From Eubacteriaceae bacterium (GTDB taxonomy: Bacteria > Bacillota > Clostridia > Eubacteriales > Anaerofustaceae): a DNA stretch of 40,000 bases. Both the position numbers and the translations under genes were made by a program. The stretch lies in contig JAFZLL010000038.1 of NCBI GenBank assembly GCA_017551505.1, positions 33,443 through 73,442 on the forward strand. Direction: 5' to 3'. This document shows, piece by piece, positions 1 through 7,988 of this stretch (positions within the stretch are counted from its first letter, which is position 1; every line of letters starts with the position of its first letter). The notes beneath the pieces are model-generated. The model was not told the DNA's origin and made no database searches. It saw only the letters and a program-made list of their open reading frames with translations.

Positions 1-587
1 CTCTGGCGCTGTCCTCCCGAGAATTCGTGGGGATATCTGTCAGCGTGCTCCGGCAGCAGCCCCACCATATCGAGAACTTCAATCACCTTTTTATTGATGT
101 AATCCTTATCCTTGACTCCTCTGATCACCAGGCCTTCGGAGATGATCTCCCTGACGGTCATCCTGGGGTTCAGGGAAGCGATGGGATCCTGGAATATCAT
201 CTGGATCTTCGTTATAGTATCCCGTTTGCAGTGCTTATGGTCATACTCCGCTTCCGCGATCTCTTTTTTGAGGCGGGAGACCTTAGCGGAATCGCCTTCC
301 TTCTTCGCGGCCTTCAGGGCTTCCCTAAGGTCACCGGTACCGGCAACGATGCGTTGTCCATTGAAATATACATTTCCGGAAGTGGCGTCATAAAGGCGGA
401 TGATGGCGCGTCCCGTGGTGGTTTTCCCGCAGCCGGACTCTCCAACGAGTCCGAAGACCTCGCCCTTGTCCACATAGAAGCTTACGTCATCCACTCCCTT
501 TATCGTCTCACCGCCTACGGTGAAGTACTGTTTCAGGTGCTCGACTTCGAGCAGGTGTGCGGAATGGTTATTGTTACTTTCCTGCAT
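1..587 (-). CDS. oppF: Oligopeptide/dipeptide-type ABC transporter ATP-binding protein (OppF/DppF-like), N-terminal ~195 codons; gene runs off the left edge
   Basis: Hand translation of the minus strand from ATG at 587-585: MQESNNNHSAHLLEVEHLKQYF...GLVGESGCGKTTTGR (Walker A)...KIQMIFQDPIASLNPR (Q-loop)...YPHEFSGGQRQ (ABC signature). It is absent from the ORF track because no stop lies inside the window. The start overlaps the upstream ATPase stop (574-576) by 14 nt. The + strand ORF 27..656 is its antisense shadow. Confidence 0.9.
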   Translation of the reverse strand, partial: MQESNNNHSAHLLEVEHLKQYFTVGGETIKGVDDVSFYVDKGEVFGLVGESGCGKTTTGRAIIRLYDATSGNVYFNGQRIVAGTGDLREALKAAKKEGDSAKVSRLKKEIAEAEYDHKHCKRDTITKIQMIFQDPIASLNPRMTVREIISEGLVIRGVKDKDYINKKVIEVLDMVGLLPEHADRYPHEFSGGQRQ

Positions 588-2721
588 TTCCCGATTCCTC
601 CGCTTTCTTCATTCTTTCGATCCTGTCGGAGATTATCTTCGGCATCTCCACCTTAGGCGCACCAGGCGCGAGCAGCCATGTGGCCGCTTTGTGGGTATCG
701 GAGATGTCGAACATCGGCGGAGCCTCCTCGAAATCTATCTTCAGTGCGTACTTGTTGCGCGCTGCGAAGGCGTCACCTTTGGGCGGCGTTATCATATTGG
801 GCGGAGCGCCCGGGATCGCTTCGAGTTTCTCCTTCGTCTGCAGATCGGGCATCGAGGAGAGCAGCGCCCAGGTGTACGGATGGGCGGGAGTAAAGAAGAT
901 ATCGTCCGTAGTGCCGTACTCCACGATCCTGCCCGCATACATGACGGCTATGGTGTCCGCCATATTTGCGACGACCCCCAGGTCATGGGTGATGAAGATA
1001 ACGGAGAGCTGTCTCTTTTTCTTCAGCCCCTTTATGAGTTCGAGTATCTGCGCCTGGATCGTGACGTCCAGAGCTGTCGTAGGCTCGTCGCAGATAAGTA
1101 TGTCGGGATTGGCCGAGAGGGCTATCGCGATAACGATCCTCTGGCGCATGCCTCCGGAGAGCTGGAACGGATACTGGTTGTATCTCACCCTGGGTTCGTC
1201 GATGCCGACCTCGTCCATAAGGCTGATGGCCCTGTCCCGCGCCATATCGGGGCTGACCGTGTATACCATGCGGGAGTTGATCTCTTTCAGATAATCGACC
1301 ATCTCTCCGGCTTTGGCCTTGAAATCAGGCTCCTCTCCGCCGGCCGCTTTGTCCAGCAGCTGAGCATAATCGTTCTTCATGGAAGAGACGACGCGCCGGA
1401 TATTCTCCAGATAACGGGGGATATCCATGTTCTCCCTGAACATGCGGTTCTCACGGGACAGCAGTCTGGGATTCCTGTTCTCCAAACTCTTGGCCTTGTC
1501 GTAGAGCGCTTCTTCCTGACTGTACGCTCCGGCGAAGGTATAGGCTGTGGAGTCCTTGCTGATCTCAAGCCTGTCGATAGAACGTTCTACCGCCTTGGAC
1601 AGAGTCTTGCCCAATTCCTTGGTCTTGGCGGCAGGTATGCTGTCGTCCTTCAGTGTCTCCTCAGCCTCGGTGAGCAGCTTGAGCGCTTCCTGTTTTTTGG
1701 CCAGTGAATCCTCATAGGAGTATTTGAGCCCGGAAGCGACCTTGTCTATGAAGCCGTTCAGGAAATCCTCCTGCGCGCATTTTACCGTCTTCGCGTTCAA
1801 TTCGGGTATCGGGCACGATTTGTAGTCAAAGCTATCTTTCTCGCTGCCGTAGGTGAGAAAATAGCCCAGCGAGAAGAAATCCACCTTATCTTCCTTTACC
1901 GATGAGGTAAGGATGTCACGGGCTTCGCCCAGAAGTTCCCTGAGGGTTTCCCCTTTGCCTGATGCTGCATAAGCCTTTCCTTCGGCCCTGATCTTTCCGG
2001 CGAGCTCTTTCAAACCGCTGTTGTTTTCGTCGACCAGGAAGGTGTTGAATACCTTTCCGAGCTTGGGTACGAGAGCTTCCACCGAACGCCCGATCACCTT
2101 CTTATCCTTCGTGACCATATCGAGGGTGATATCGGTGATATCCGATACGGAAGAATTGATATAATCAAGCGCTGTGTTGTATTCGCTCTCCATCTTATTG
2201 CTCAGAGAGGCGAACTTGCGCAGCTTTTCCATATCCTTCTCGGCCGCTTCCTTTGACTGTTTTGGATCACCGTTCACTGAGGAAGCGGAGCCGATGGCTT
2301 CGGTAAGCTGCCTGGTCTTCTGAGCGAATTCCTTCTGAGCCTCCTTCTGATTGGCTTTCCCGTTTAGTATCATTGCTTCGGTCATCTGCTGGCCGACCTT
2401 CATGATCGGGTTCAGGCTCGACAGGGGGTCCTGGAAGATCATGGCTATCTTTCCGCCGCGGATCTTATGGAACTCCTCTTCGGATATCTTCAGAAGGTCC
2501 TTTCCGTCATAGAAGATCTCCCCGCTCTCAACGATGGCGTTATTCGCGAGGATACCCATGATAGCCCTTGCCGTCACGGATTTGCCGCTGCCCGATTCGC
2601 CGACGATCGCAAGGGTCTCCCCCTTGTCCAGAGTCATGTCCACATCGCGGACAGCCTTGACCGTACCGTTGTTCGTCCTGAAGGATATCTTCAGGTTCTT
2701 GATCTCAAGTATTCTTGCCAT
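574..2721 (-). CDS. oppD: OppD/DppD-like ABC transporter ATP-binding protein with a ~355-aa insertion inside the nucleotide-binding domain (715 aa from ATG 2721)
   Basis: ORF 574..2760. Preferred start is ATG 2721-2719 (MARILEIKNLKISF), with GGAGGA upstream, 1 nt after the permease stop. Walker A GESGSGKS and Q-loop MIFQDPLSSLNP come first. Signature LSGGMRQR, Walker B ILICDEPTTALD, H-loop FITHDLGV and the Opp-type C-terminal motif PAHPYTWALL appear only after a long K/E/A-rich insert. Confidence 0.9.
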   Translation of the reverse strand: MARILEIKNLKISFRTNNGTVKAVRDVDMTLDKGETLAIVGESGSGKSVTARAIMGILANNAIVESGEIFYDGKDLLKISEEEFHKIRGGKIAMIFQDPLSSLNPIMKVGQQMTEAMILNGKANQKEAQKEFAQKTRQLTEAIGSASSVNGDPKQSKEAAEKDMEKLRKFASLSNKMESEYNTALDYINSSVSDITDITLDMVTKDKKVIGRSVEALVPKLGKVFNTFLVDENNSGLKELAGKIRAEGKAYAASGKGETLRELLGEARDILTSSVKEDKVDFFSLGYFLTYGSEKDSFDYKSCPIPELNAKTVKCAQEDFLNGFIDKVASGLKYSYEDSLAKKQEALKLLTEAEETLKDDSIPAAKTKELGKTLSKAVERSIDRLEISKDSTAYTFAGAYSQEEALYDKAKSLENRNPRLLSRENRMFRENMDIPRYLENIRRVVSSMKNDYAQLLDKAAGGEEPDFKAKAGEMVDYLKEINSRMVYTVSPDMARDRAISLMDEVGIDEPRVRYNQYPFQLSGGMRQRIVIAIALSANPDILICDEPTTALDVTIQAQILELIKGLKKKRQLSVIFITHDLGVVANMADTIAVMYAGRIVEYGTTDDIFFTPAHPYTWALLSSMPDLQTKEKLEAIPGAPPNMITPPKGDAFAARNKYALKIDFEEAPPMFDISDTHKAATWLLAPGAPKVEMPKIISDRIERMKKAEESGNAGK

Positions 2722-2722
2722 C

Positions 2723-4258
2723 TCAGTCCTCCGATCCGCGCAGTGTCGGGTTGAACGCATCTCTCAGGCCATTGCCGAAGAGGTTGAAGGAGATCATCAG
2801 CAGGGAGATGATCACTGCCGGGAAGAAAATGATATGCGGGAAAGTGGACAGGTACTGCTGCCCGTTCGCCAGCATGGTCCCCAGCGACGTCTGGGTAGAG
2901 GAATTCATGTTTGCTATGCCCAGATATGAGAGCATCGATTCGGAGAATATCACCGAAGGTATGACCAGCACAGATGAGGTGATGATCGTACCAAGGGCAT
3001 TCGGGAAAATGTGCTTGAACATGACCCTCAGGTCTTTTGCACCGAGAGTCCTCGCCGCAAGGACATATTCCTGATTCTTGAAGCGATAGAACTGGGTGCG
3101 CACATTATATGCGGTGTTCAGCCACCCGGTGAGCACGAAGGCAAACATCAGAGCCATGAAAGTGGACACCTTGCCCGTAGCCACAAGGTGAAGCTGGAAG
3201 AGCGTCGCGACGATAATGAACGGCACACCGCTTATTATGTCCGAGACCCTTTCTAGTATCAGGTCTACCAGGCCGCCGTAGTAGCCTTCAACGGCACCGT
3301 AGACAGCTCCGATCGTCAGGTTGATGGCTGAAACGCATACCGCCAGGAGAAGGGAGAGCCTCGTGCCTGAGGCAAGACGCACCAGGATATCGTATCCGCT
3401 GCCGTCAGTACCGAGCAGGAATGCCGGTTCATGGCCGTTCTTGTATATGAAATAGTTATAGTAGAGCACGCGGATGTACTTCATGTTCGAAGCCTTGTCC
3501 TGGTAGAACGCAACGCTGCCGTCCGTATTCCTCAGATAGTTTTCTTCAAGTTCATCCTTGTTGATATCAAGCTTCTCGCCATAGGAATTCACGGGGTTGC
3601 CGGAGTCATCGGTCTTGTACCAGTAGTTGGCGTCGGTATGGGAAAAATTGAACTCGCTGGAGATATCGACCATCGGATAGATGAGCTGGCGGCCGGTCTC
3701 CTCCTGCCATGCGAGCATATCCTCATACTGGACTTGGGTGACCTGCATATAGGTAAAGCCTGTCTCCAGGTAGTCATCTATCACGCAGTCATGATAGTTC
3801 TTGTTATGGCTGGTGTAGAGCTCTCCTCCGGAAACTATCGGGGAGAATTCGCTTGCAAGACCTTCCTCTTTCGTTGCTCCGAGCCCGTCAGTATCAGCGG
3901 CGGCGATGCCTATGCCCAGAGTATAGGCGTAGCCTTTATCGGACAGGGTGCGTTCCCTTGTGCCTGTAGCGATGCCGATCTTCGAGAGGACCAGGTTCTT
4001 CGGGAGCTTTTTGGAATATATGCCGTCCGAGAAGCTTACCGGGTAACGCGAAAACAGCGGCGTAAGGAAGGCAAAGAGGACGATCATTATTATTATGATG
4101 AAAGCGATGACAGACGATTTGTTTTTGCGGAAGCGCAGCCATGCATCCTGGAAATAATTCAGGGGCTTGGTCTCAAACTTGACGTCATGTCTTATATCGC
4201 TCTGGTGTGCAAATTCAAGTTTTTCGGCAGGTATATTGCCGAGATCTGTTGGTTTCAT
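2723..4258 (-). CDS. oppC: OppC/DppC-like ABC transporter permease, enlarged (511 aa) by a ~200-aa extracytoplasmic insert after TM1
   Basis: ORF track 2723..4258. N-terminal TM (SSVIAFIIIIMIVLFAFLTPLF), then a long polar stretch, then the conserved LLGTDGSGYDILVRL motif and a BPD-type permease core with an EAA-like loop (ARTLGAKDLRVMFKHIFPNALGTI). There is a 1-nt gap to both flanking genes. Confidence 0.88.
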   Translation of the reverse strand: MKPTDLGNIPAEKLEFAHQSDIRHDVKFETKPLNYFQDAWLRFRKNKSSVIAFIIIIMIVLFAFLTPLFSRYPVSFSDGIYSKKLPKNLVLSKIGIATGTRERTLSDKGYAYTLGIGIAAADTDGLGATKEEGLASEFSPIVSGGELYTSHNKNYHDCVIDDYLETGFTYMQVTQVQYEDMLAWQEETGRQLIYPMVDISSEFNFSHTDANYWYKTDDSGNPVNSYGEKLDINKDELEENYLRNTDGSVAFYQDKASNMKYIRVLYYNYFIYKNGHEPAFLLGTDGSGYDILVRLASGTRLSLLLAVCVSAINLTIGAVYGAVEGYYGGLVDLILERVSDIISGVPFIIVATLFQLHLVATGKVSTFMALMFAFVLTGWLNTAYNVRTQFYRFKNQEYVLAARTLGAKDLRVMFKHIFPNALGTIITSSVLVIPSVIFSESMLSYLGIANMNSSTQTSLGTMLANGQQYLSTFPHIIFFPAVIISLLMISFNLFGNGLRDAFNPTLRGSED

Positions 4259-4259
4259 A

Positions 4260-5219
4260 TCATCTTTCCCCCATTCTCACTCTGGGATCGATGAATCCAT
4301 AGCTCAGGTCGATGACAATCATCGAAGACAGATTGATGAATGTATAGAACATTCCGACAGCCATGAACACATCGTAATCCAACAGGTTTATACTGTTAAG
4401 ATAAAGACCGCCCACTCCCGGAACGGCAAATATCTTCTCAATGATAAGCGAACCGTCCAGGACGCCGATAAACATGGATATTATCATCGGAAGGATCGGC
4501 ACCATCGCATTTCTGAGCGCATGGCGCGTCGTCGCCTGACGGCTGGTCAAGCCTTTTGTGCGGGCAAGGAGCATGAAATCGCTGGTGAGGACCTCTGTCA
4601 GTTCTGCCCTGGTATAACGGGCCAGTGAGGCTATGGTCGAAAATGAGAGCGCAAGCACAGGGAGCACCATGGAGTGGAACATAGTCCATGAGAAGAATGT
4701 CCCGCCGGCATCCGCGTAGGATGACATAATGAGCGGGAACCACCCCGTTTTATAGCTCAGGAAATACTGTACGATAAAAGCGTAGACATAGCTCGGCACG
4801 GAGACGAAGATCATTATCCAAGTGGAGATAAGGTGATCCTGCCATCTGTTCTTCTTAAGTGCGGCGTAGATGCCTATCATGATCCCGAAAGGCACTGAAA
4901 AGATCATCGAATAGAGGTTGATCAGCACCGTAGGCAGGAGCCTGTCAAAGATGACCTCGTTGACGGGCGCCATATAATCTATTTCCCAGGATGTGCCCCA
5001 GTCCCATTTGGTGACTATGTTTTTAAGGTAGATGGCGTACTGCACCAAAATCGGCTTGTTATATCCGAGGGCTTCCCGGCGTGCAAGTTCCATAGCAGCC
5101 TGGGCGCCGAGCATTGGTTTTTCCGGCTGGAGCAGCTTTATGAGTATGAAGCACATAGTCATGATGATGAAGAAAGTCACAAACACCAGGGCTATGCGTT
5201 TTAAAACGTATTTGAACAT
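4260..5219 (-). CDS. oppB: OppB/DppB-like ABC transporter permease (319 aa)
   Basis: ORF track. Typical N-terminus MFKYVLKRIALVFVTFFII, six hydrophobic spans, and an EAA loop ARTKGLTSRQATTRHALRNAMVPILP. Confidence 0.9.
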   Translation of the reverse strand: MFKYVLKRIALVFVTFFIIMTMCFILIKLLQPEKPMLGAQAAMELARREALGYNKPILVQYAIYLKNIVTKWDWGTSWEIDYMAPVNEVIFDRLLPTVLINLYSMIFSVPFGIMIGIYAALKKNRWQDHLISTWIMIFVSVPSYVYAFIVQYFLSYKTGWFPLIMSSYADAGGTFFSWTMFHSMVLPVLALSFSTIASLARYTRAELTEVLTSDFMLLARTKGLTSRQATTRHALRNAMVPILPMIISMFIGVLDGSLIIEKIFAVPGVGGLYLNSINLLDYDVFMAVGMFYTFINLSSMIVIDLSYGFIDPRVRMGER

Positions 5220-5271
5220 AATATGAGACTCCTTTGACTGAACGGATCCCGTTTGGACTGAATAATCTAGA

Positions 5272-5306
5272 CTAAAGCGGCAGGGCGCTGTTCAACGCCC
5301 TGCCGC
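5272..5306 (-). terminator. Intercistronic hairpin between the SBP gene and the permease genes (partial terminator or mRNA stabiliser)
   Basis: An 11-bp perfect stem, gcggcagggcg (5277-5287) / cgccctgccgc (5296-5306), with an 8-nt loop. On the minus strand it is followed only by TTTAG, so it is weak as a full terminator. The position is typical for differential SBP/permease expression. Confidence 0.45.
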
Positions 5307-5329
5307 GTCATGTCAAATAGATGGCGGTC

Positions 5330-7774
5330 TTATTTGTAGTTTAACGTTCCGCCGTTATCCTTGACGTACTGCTCCCACTCGCCGTTATTGTAGTTGTATG
5401 TGAGCCAGCGGATTCCGCCGAATTCATACATTACGTCGTACTGGGTGGTACCGTACTTGATCTTGTCGGAATAGATCGTTACCAGGTTCTCGCTCGAGAG
5501 GATGATGAAGTGATACTGCTCGATGAGGTTCTTCTCGATAGCGGCAAGGATCTTTAACTTGAGCTTTCCGTCAGCCAGGTTGTATTTTCCGCCCGGGTTG
5601 ATGGAAGCACCCCAGTTATAGTAGGAATCCTTCAATGTTTCTTCCGTACCGTTGCCGTCAAAGTCCGCGGTGATCGACATGGTCTCCTGAGTCGGATCGA
5701 ATCCGCAGCGTTCATGGATCTCTGTATAGCTCGGGTCGACATAGCATCTGATCATCGAATAGGGATAGAAAGCTCCGCCGCCCCAAGCGCCGCGAGCCAT
5801 TTCGATCCTGCCTTCGCCGACAGCAGCGTATCTGTCTTCGTTGGTGGTGTACGTGATCGTCACTTTGCCTTCGAAGGGAGTGCCCGCAATCGCGGCATCG
5901 ATATATCCCTGGATAAGGTTCTGCTGAGTCATATCTTCGGCAGTGAGCTCTTTCTTTACGACCGGGCAGGTGAACTCGAAGACATCACCGTCCTTGACAT
6001 CCCCGGCTGCATAAGCCTCGTCCCAGGCTTTCTGGAAGAGTTCTCTGGCCTTATCGACATCATAGCCGGTAACTGATTCATAAGCTTCGTCCAGTGTGGC
6101 GTACTTTTCGCCTTCGCCGTATTTGACATCGTATATATCGCAGATGACCTGTTTGGCCTCGTCGCTCTTGCGGTACACGGAATCGGGATCGTGCTCGATA
6201 TCATAGTAATACAGGCTGTTAATGAGTCCGAAGGCAGCGTCATGTCCGGCAGTGCCCTTGAGGACATAGTCTGCTCTGTCGATAGCCAGGGACATTGCGT
6301 GCCTGAAGTCATCGTAAGCGAGGATGACCTTGTTGACACTCTTGGAGTCGGAGGAAGCGTTCTCCGAGAGAGTTTTCAGAACTTCCTTATCCGTGACGAA
6401 GAAGTAACGGAAAGTATATGTCTGAGGAACCTTGAGCAGATTATCGCTGTGGCGATATTCGTTCATGTCATCGGAAGAAAGCTCAACGCTGTCGAGCTTG
6501 CCCGTCTCAAAGAGCTCGAGCTGGGTGTTGTGATCCGAGACGATAGCGCATCTGATCTTATCTGTCTGATACTGCCCTTCGTGTTTGCCGTCGGTATATC
6601 CGTACCAGTTTTCGTTCTTCTCGAATACTATCTGCTTATCCTTCTCGAAGGATACCAGCTTGTACGGTCCGTATGACATGTAATTGTTCACAGCGGTCCC
6701 GTAATTTGTGGCGACCAGGTCTCCGACCTTGGACTTGCCTGCTTCGTAGAGCTTCTCGTATACGAGCCAGATGGATGTCATGTTGACATAGAAGTTGAAC
6801 TGGCTGATGGGCTCGGCGCAGATGTAGTACAGGGTGTAATCATCGACCTTGACGAGACCTACTCCTTCCCAGTCGAATACGGGGAACGTGAAGTCATAGA
6901 GGACATATGCCGCAAGCAGGTCTTCGGTCTCTTTGCCCCAGACAGGAGCGCTTGTGAAGCCGAAGAGTATGTCCTTGGTCTCATCGGTGACAGGGACGTA
7001 GCCCTTGTCGTCAGCCTTGGCTGCAAGGAGATCATAGGCATTGATGCCGCACTGTGCCTCTGTCATATAATCCTTGTAAGAGGTCAGGGATTCTCCCTGC
7101 AGATAAGCGAGGACGTCATTCAGTCCGAAATACAGCTTGGTCCCGTCTTCTCCGGTGTATACTCCGTCATCTCCGAGCACCCATGTTTCGTAAGGATATA
7201 CATACGTATTCTCGCCCTTGTAGTTCTGGACCTTGCTGGTGCTGCCGGAGTAGAAGTAATCATATGCGCCTACGATGGCTATATCGTCGGAATAATAGCT
7301 GTTGGCGCGGTAGTTCTTCATCTCGGGGTTGAGGAGCTGCTGCATGGCATAGATATAAGTGTCGGCATTGATCGGAGTACCGTCAGCCCACTTGGCCGCC
7401 TGGTTGAGTGAGATCTTCCAGACTCTTCCGGTCTGTCCTTCCTCGATGCCCCATTTCTCCTTATCGGCGAAATCGGCAGTGACGTCTTCCATGGCGTCCG
7501 CCATTTCGTATGCCCATTTCCAGCCGCCGGTCTGGGGGTCATAGGCGATGTCGACGAAACCGATTTCCGTATAGCCGGGTATGTAACGGTCTCCGCTCGT
7601 TTCCCAGGTGTGCGCGTTCCACTTATCCGGCGTGGCTCCGATGTACTCGTTGAGAGTATAGCCGTTCGGGTCATCCTTATCCTTCTTCCCGCAGGAAGCG
7701 AAGGAGATGAGCATCATGACCGCGAAGATCAGTGAGAACAGTTTTATGACACCTGTCTTACCATTTTTCTTCAT
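5330..7774 (-). CDS. oppA: Family-5 (Opp/Dpp-type) ABC substrate-binding lipoprotein, oversized (814 aa)
   Basis: ORF 5330..7804. Preferred start is ATG 7774 (MKKNGKTGVIKLFSLIFAVMMLISFASC|GKK = signal peptide plus lipobox). SBP_bac_5-like stretch KISLNQAAKWADGTPINADTYIYAMQQLLNP. It is the first gene of the opp-like operon. Confidence 0.85.
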   Translation of the reverse strand: MKKNGKTGVIKLFSLIFAVMMLISFASCGKKDKDDPNGYTLNEYIGATPDKWNAHTWETSGDRYIPGYTEIGFVDIAYDPQTGGWKWAYEMADAMEDVTADFADKEKWGIEEGQTGRVWKISLNQAAKWADGTPINADTYIYAMQQLLNPEMKNYRANSYYSDDIAIVGAYDYFYSGSTSKVQNYKGENTYVYPYETWVLGDDGVYTGEDGTKLYFGLNDVLAYLQGESLTSYKDYMTEAQCGINAYDLLAAKADDKGYVPVTDETKDILFGFTSAPVWGKETEDLLAAYVLYDFTFPVFDWEGVGLVKVDDYTLYYICAEPISQFNFYVNMTSIWLVYEKLYEAGKSKVGDLVATNYGTAVNNYMSYGPYKLVSFEKDKQIVFEKNENWYGYTDGKHEGQYQTDKIRCAIVSDHNTQLELFETGKLDSVELSSDDMNEYRHSDNLLKVPQTYTFRYFFVTDKEVLKTLSENASSDSKSVNKVILAYDDFRHAMSLAIDRADYVLKGTAGHDAAFGLINSLYYYDIEHDPDSVYRKSDEAKQVICDIYDVKYGEGEKYATLDEAYESVTGYDVDKARELFQKAWDEAYAAGDVKDGDVFEFTCPVVKKELTAEDMTQQNLIQGYIDAAIAGTPFEGKVTITYTTNEDRYAAVGEGRIEMARGAWGGGAFYPYSMIRCYVDPSYTEIHERCGFDPTQETMSITADFDGNGTEETLKDSYYNWGASINPGGKYNLADGKLKLKILAAIEKNLIEQYHFIILSSENLVTIYSDKIKYGTTQYDVMYEFGGIRWLTYNYNNGEWEQYVKDNGGTLNYK

Positions 7775-7831
7775 AAAATAGTTTTCCCTTCTATAAATTA
7801 GCATTACGGCTCTGCGTAATCTTTTGTATAT

Positions 7832-7859
7832 TTTATAATACTTTCAGCCTGAATGTCAA
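7832..7859 (-). promoter_or_regulatory. Putative sigma-A promoter of the opp-like operon
   Basis: The minus strand reads TTGACA (7859-7854), a 16-nt spacer, then TATAAA (7837-7832), ~55 nt upstream of the SBP start. Confidence 0.5.
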
Positions 7860-7919
7860 CGGGTTTATTCATCTGCAGACCCGATTATTCATTTTCCGGT
7901 CCGGATGTCCTCCGCGAGG

Positions 7920-7947
7920 TTGACATGAAAGGATAAAAATGTATAAT
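7920..7947 (+). promoter_or_regulatory. Putative sigma-A promoter of the beta-lactamase-fold/GNAT gene
   Basis: TTGACA (7920-7925), a 16-nt spacer, then TATAAT (7942-7947). RBS GAGGAG at ~7972. Confidence 0.55.
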
Positions 7948-7988
7948 GATGTTCGAATTCAAACGAGATGTGAGGAGATTACCGATAT

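Noticed and set aside
27-1707. Long + strand ORFs (27..656, 520..1707, 557..1294) overlapping the opp ATPase genes
   Set aside because: They are antisense shadows of clearly motif-bearing minus-strand ABC ATPase genes. Their translations are low-complexity, R/G/L-rich and without motifs, and they lack RBSs.
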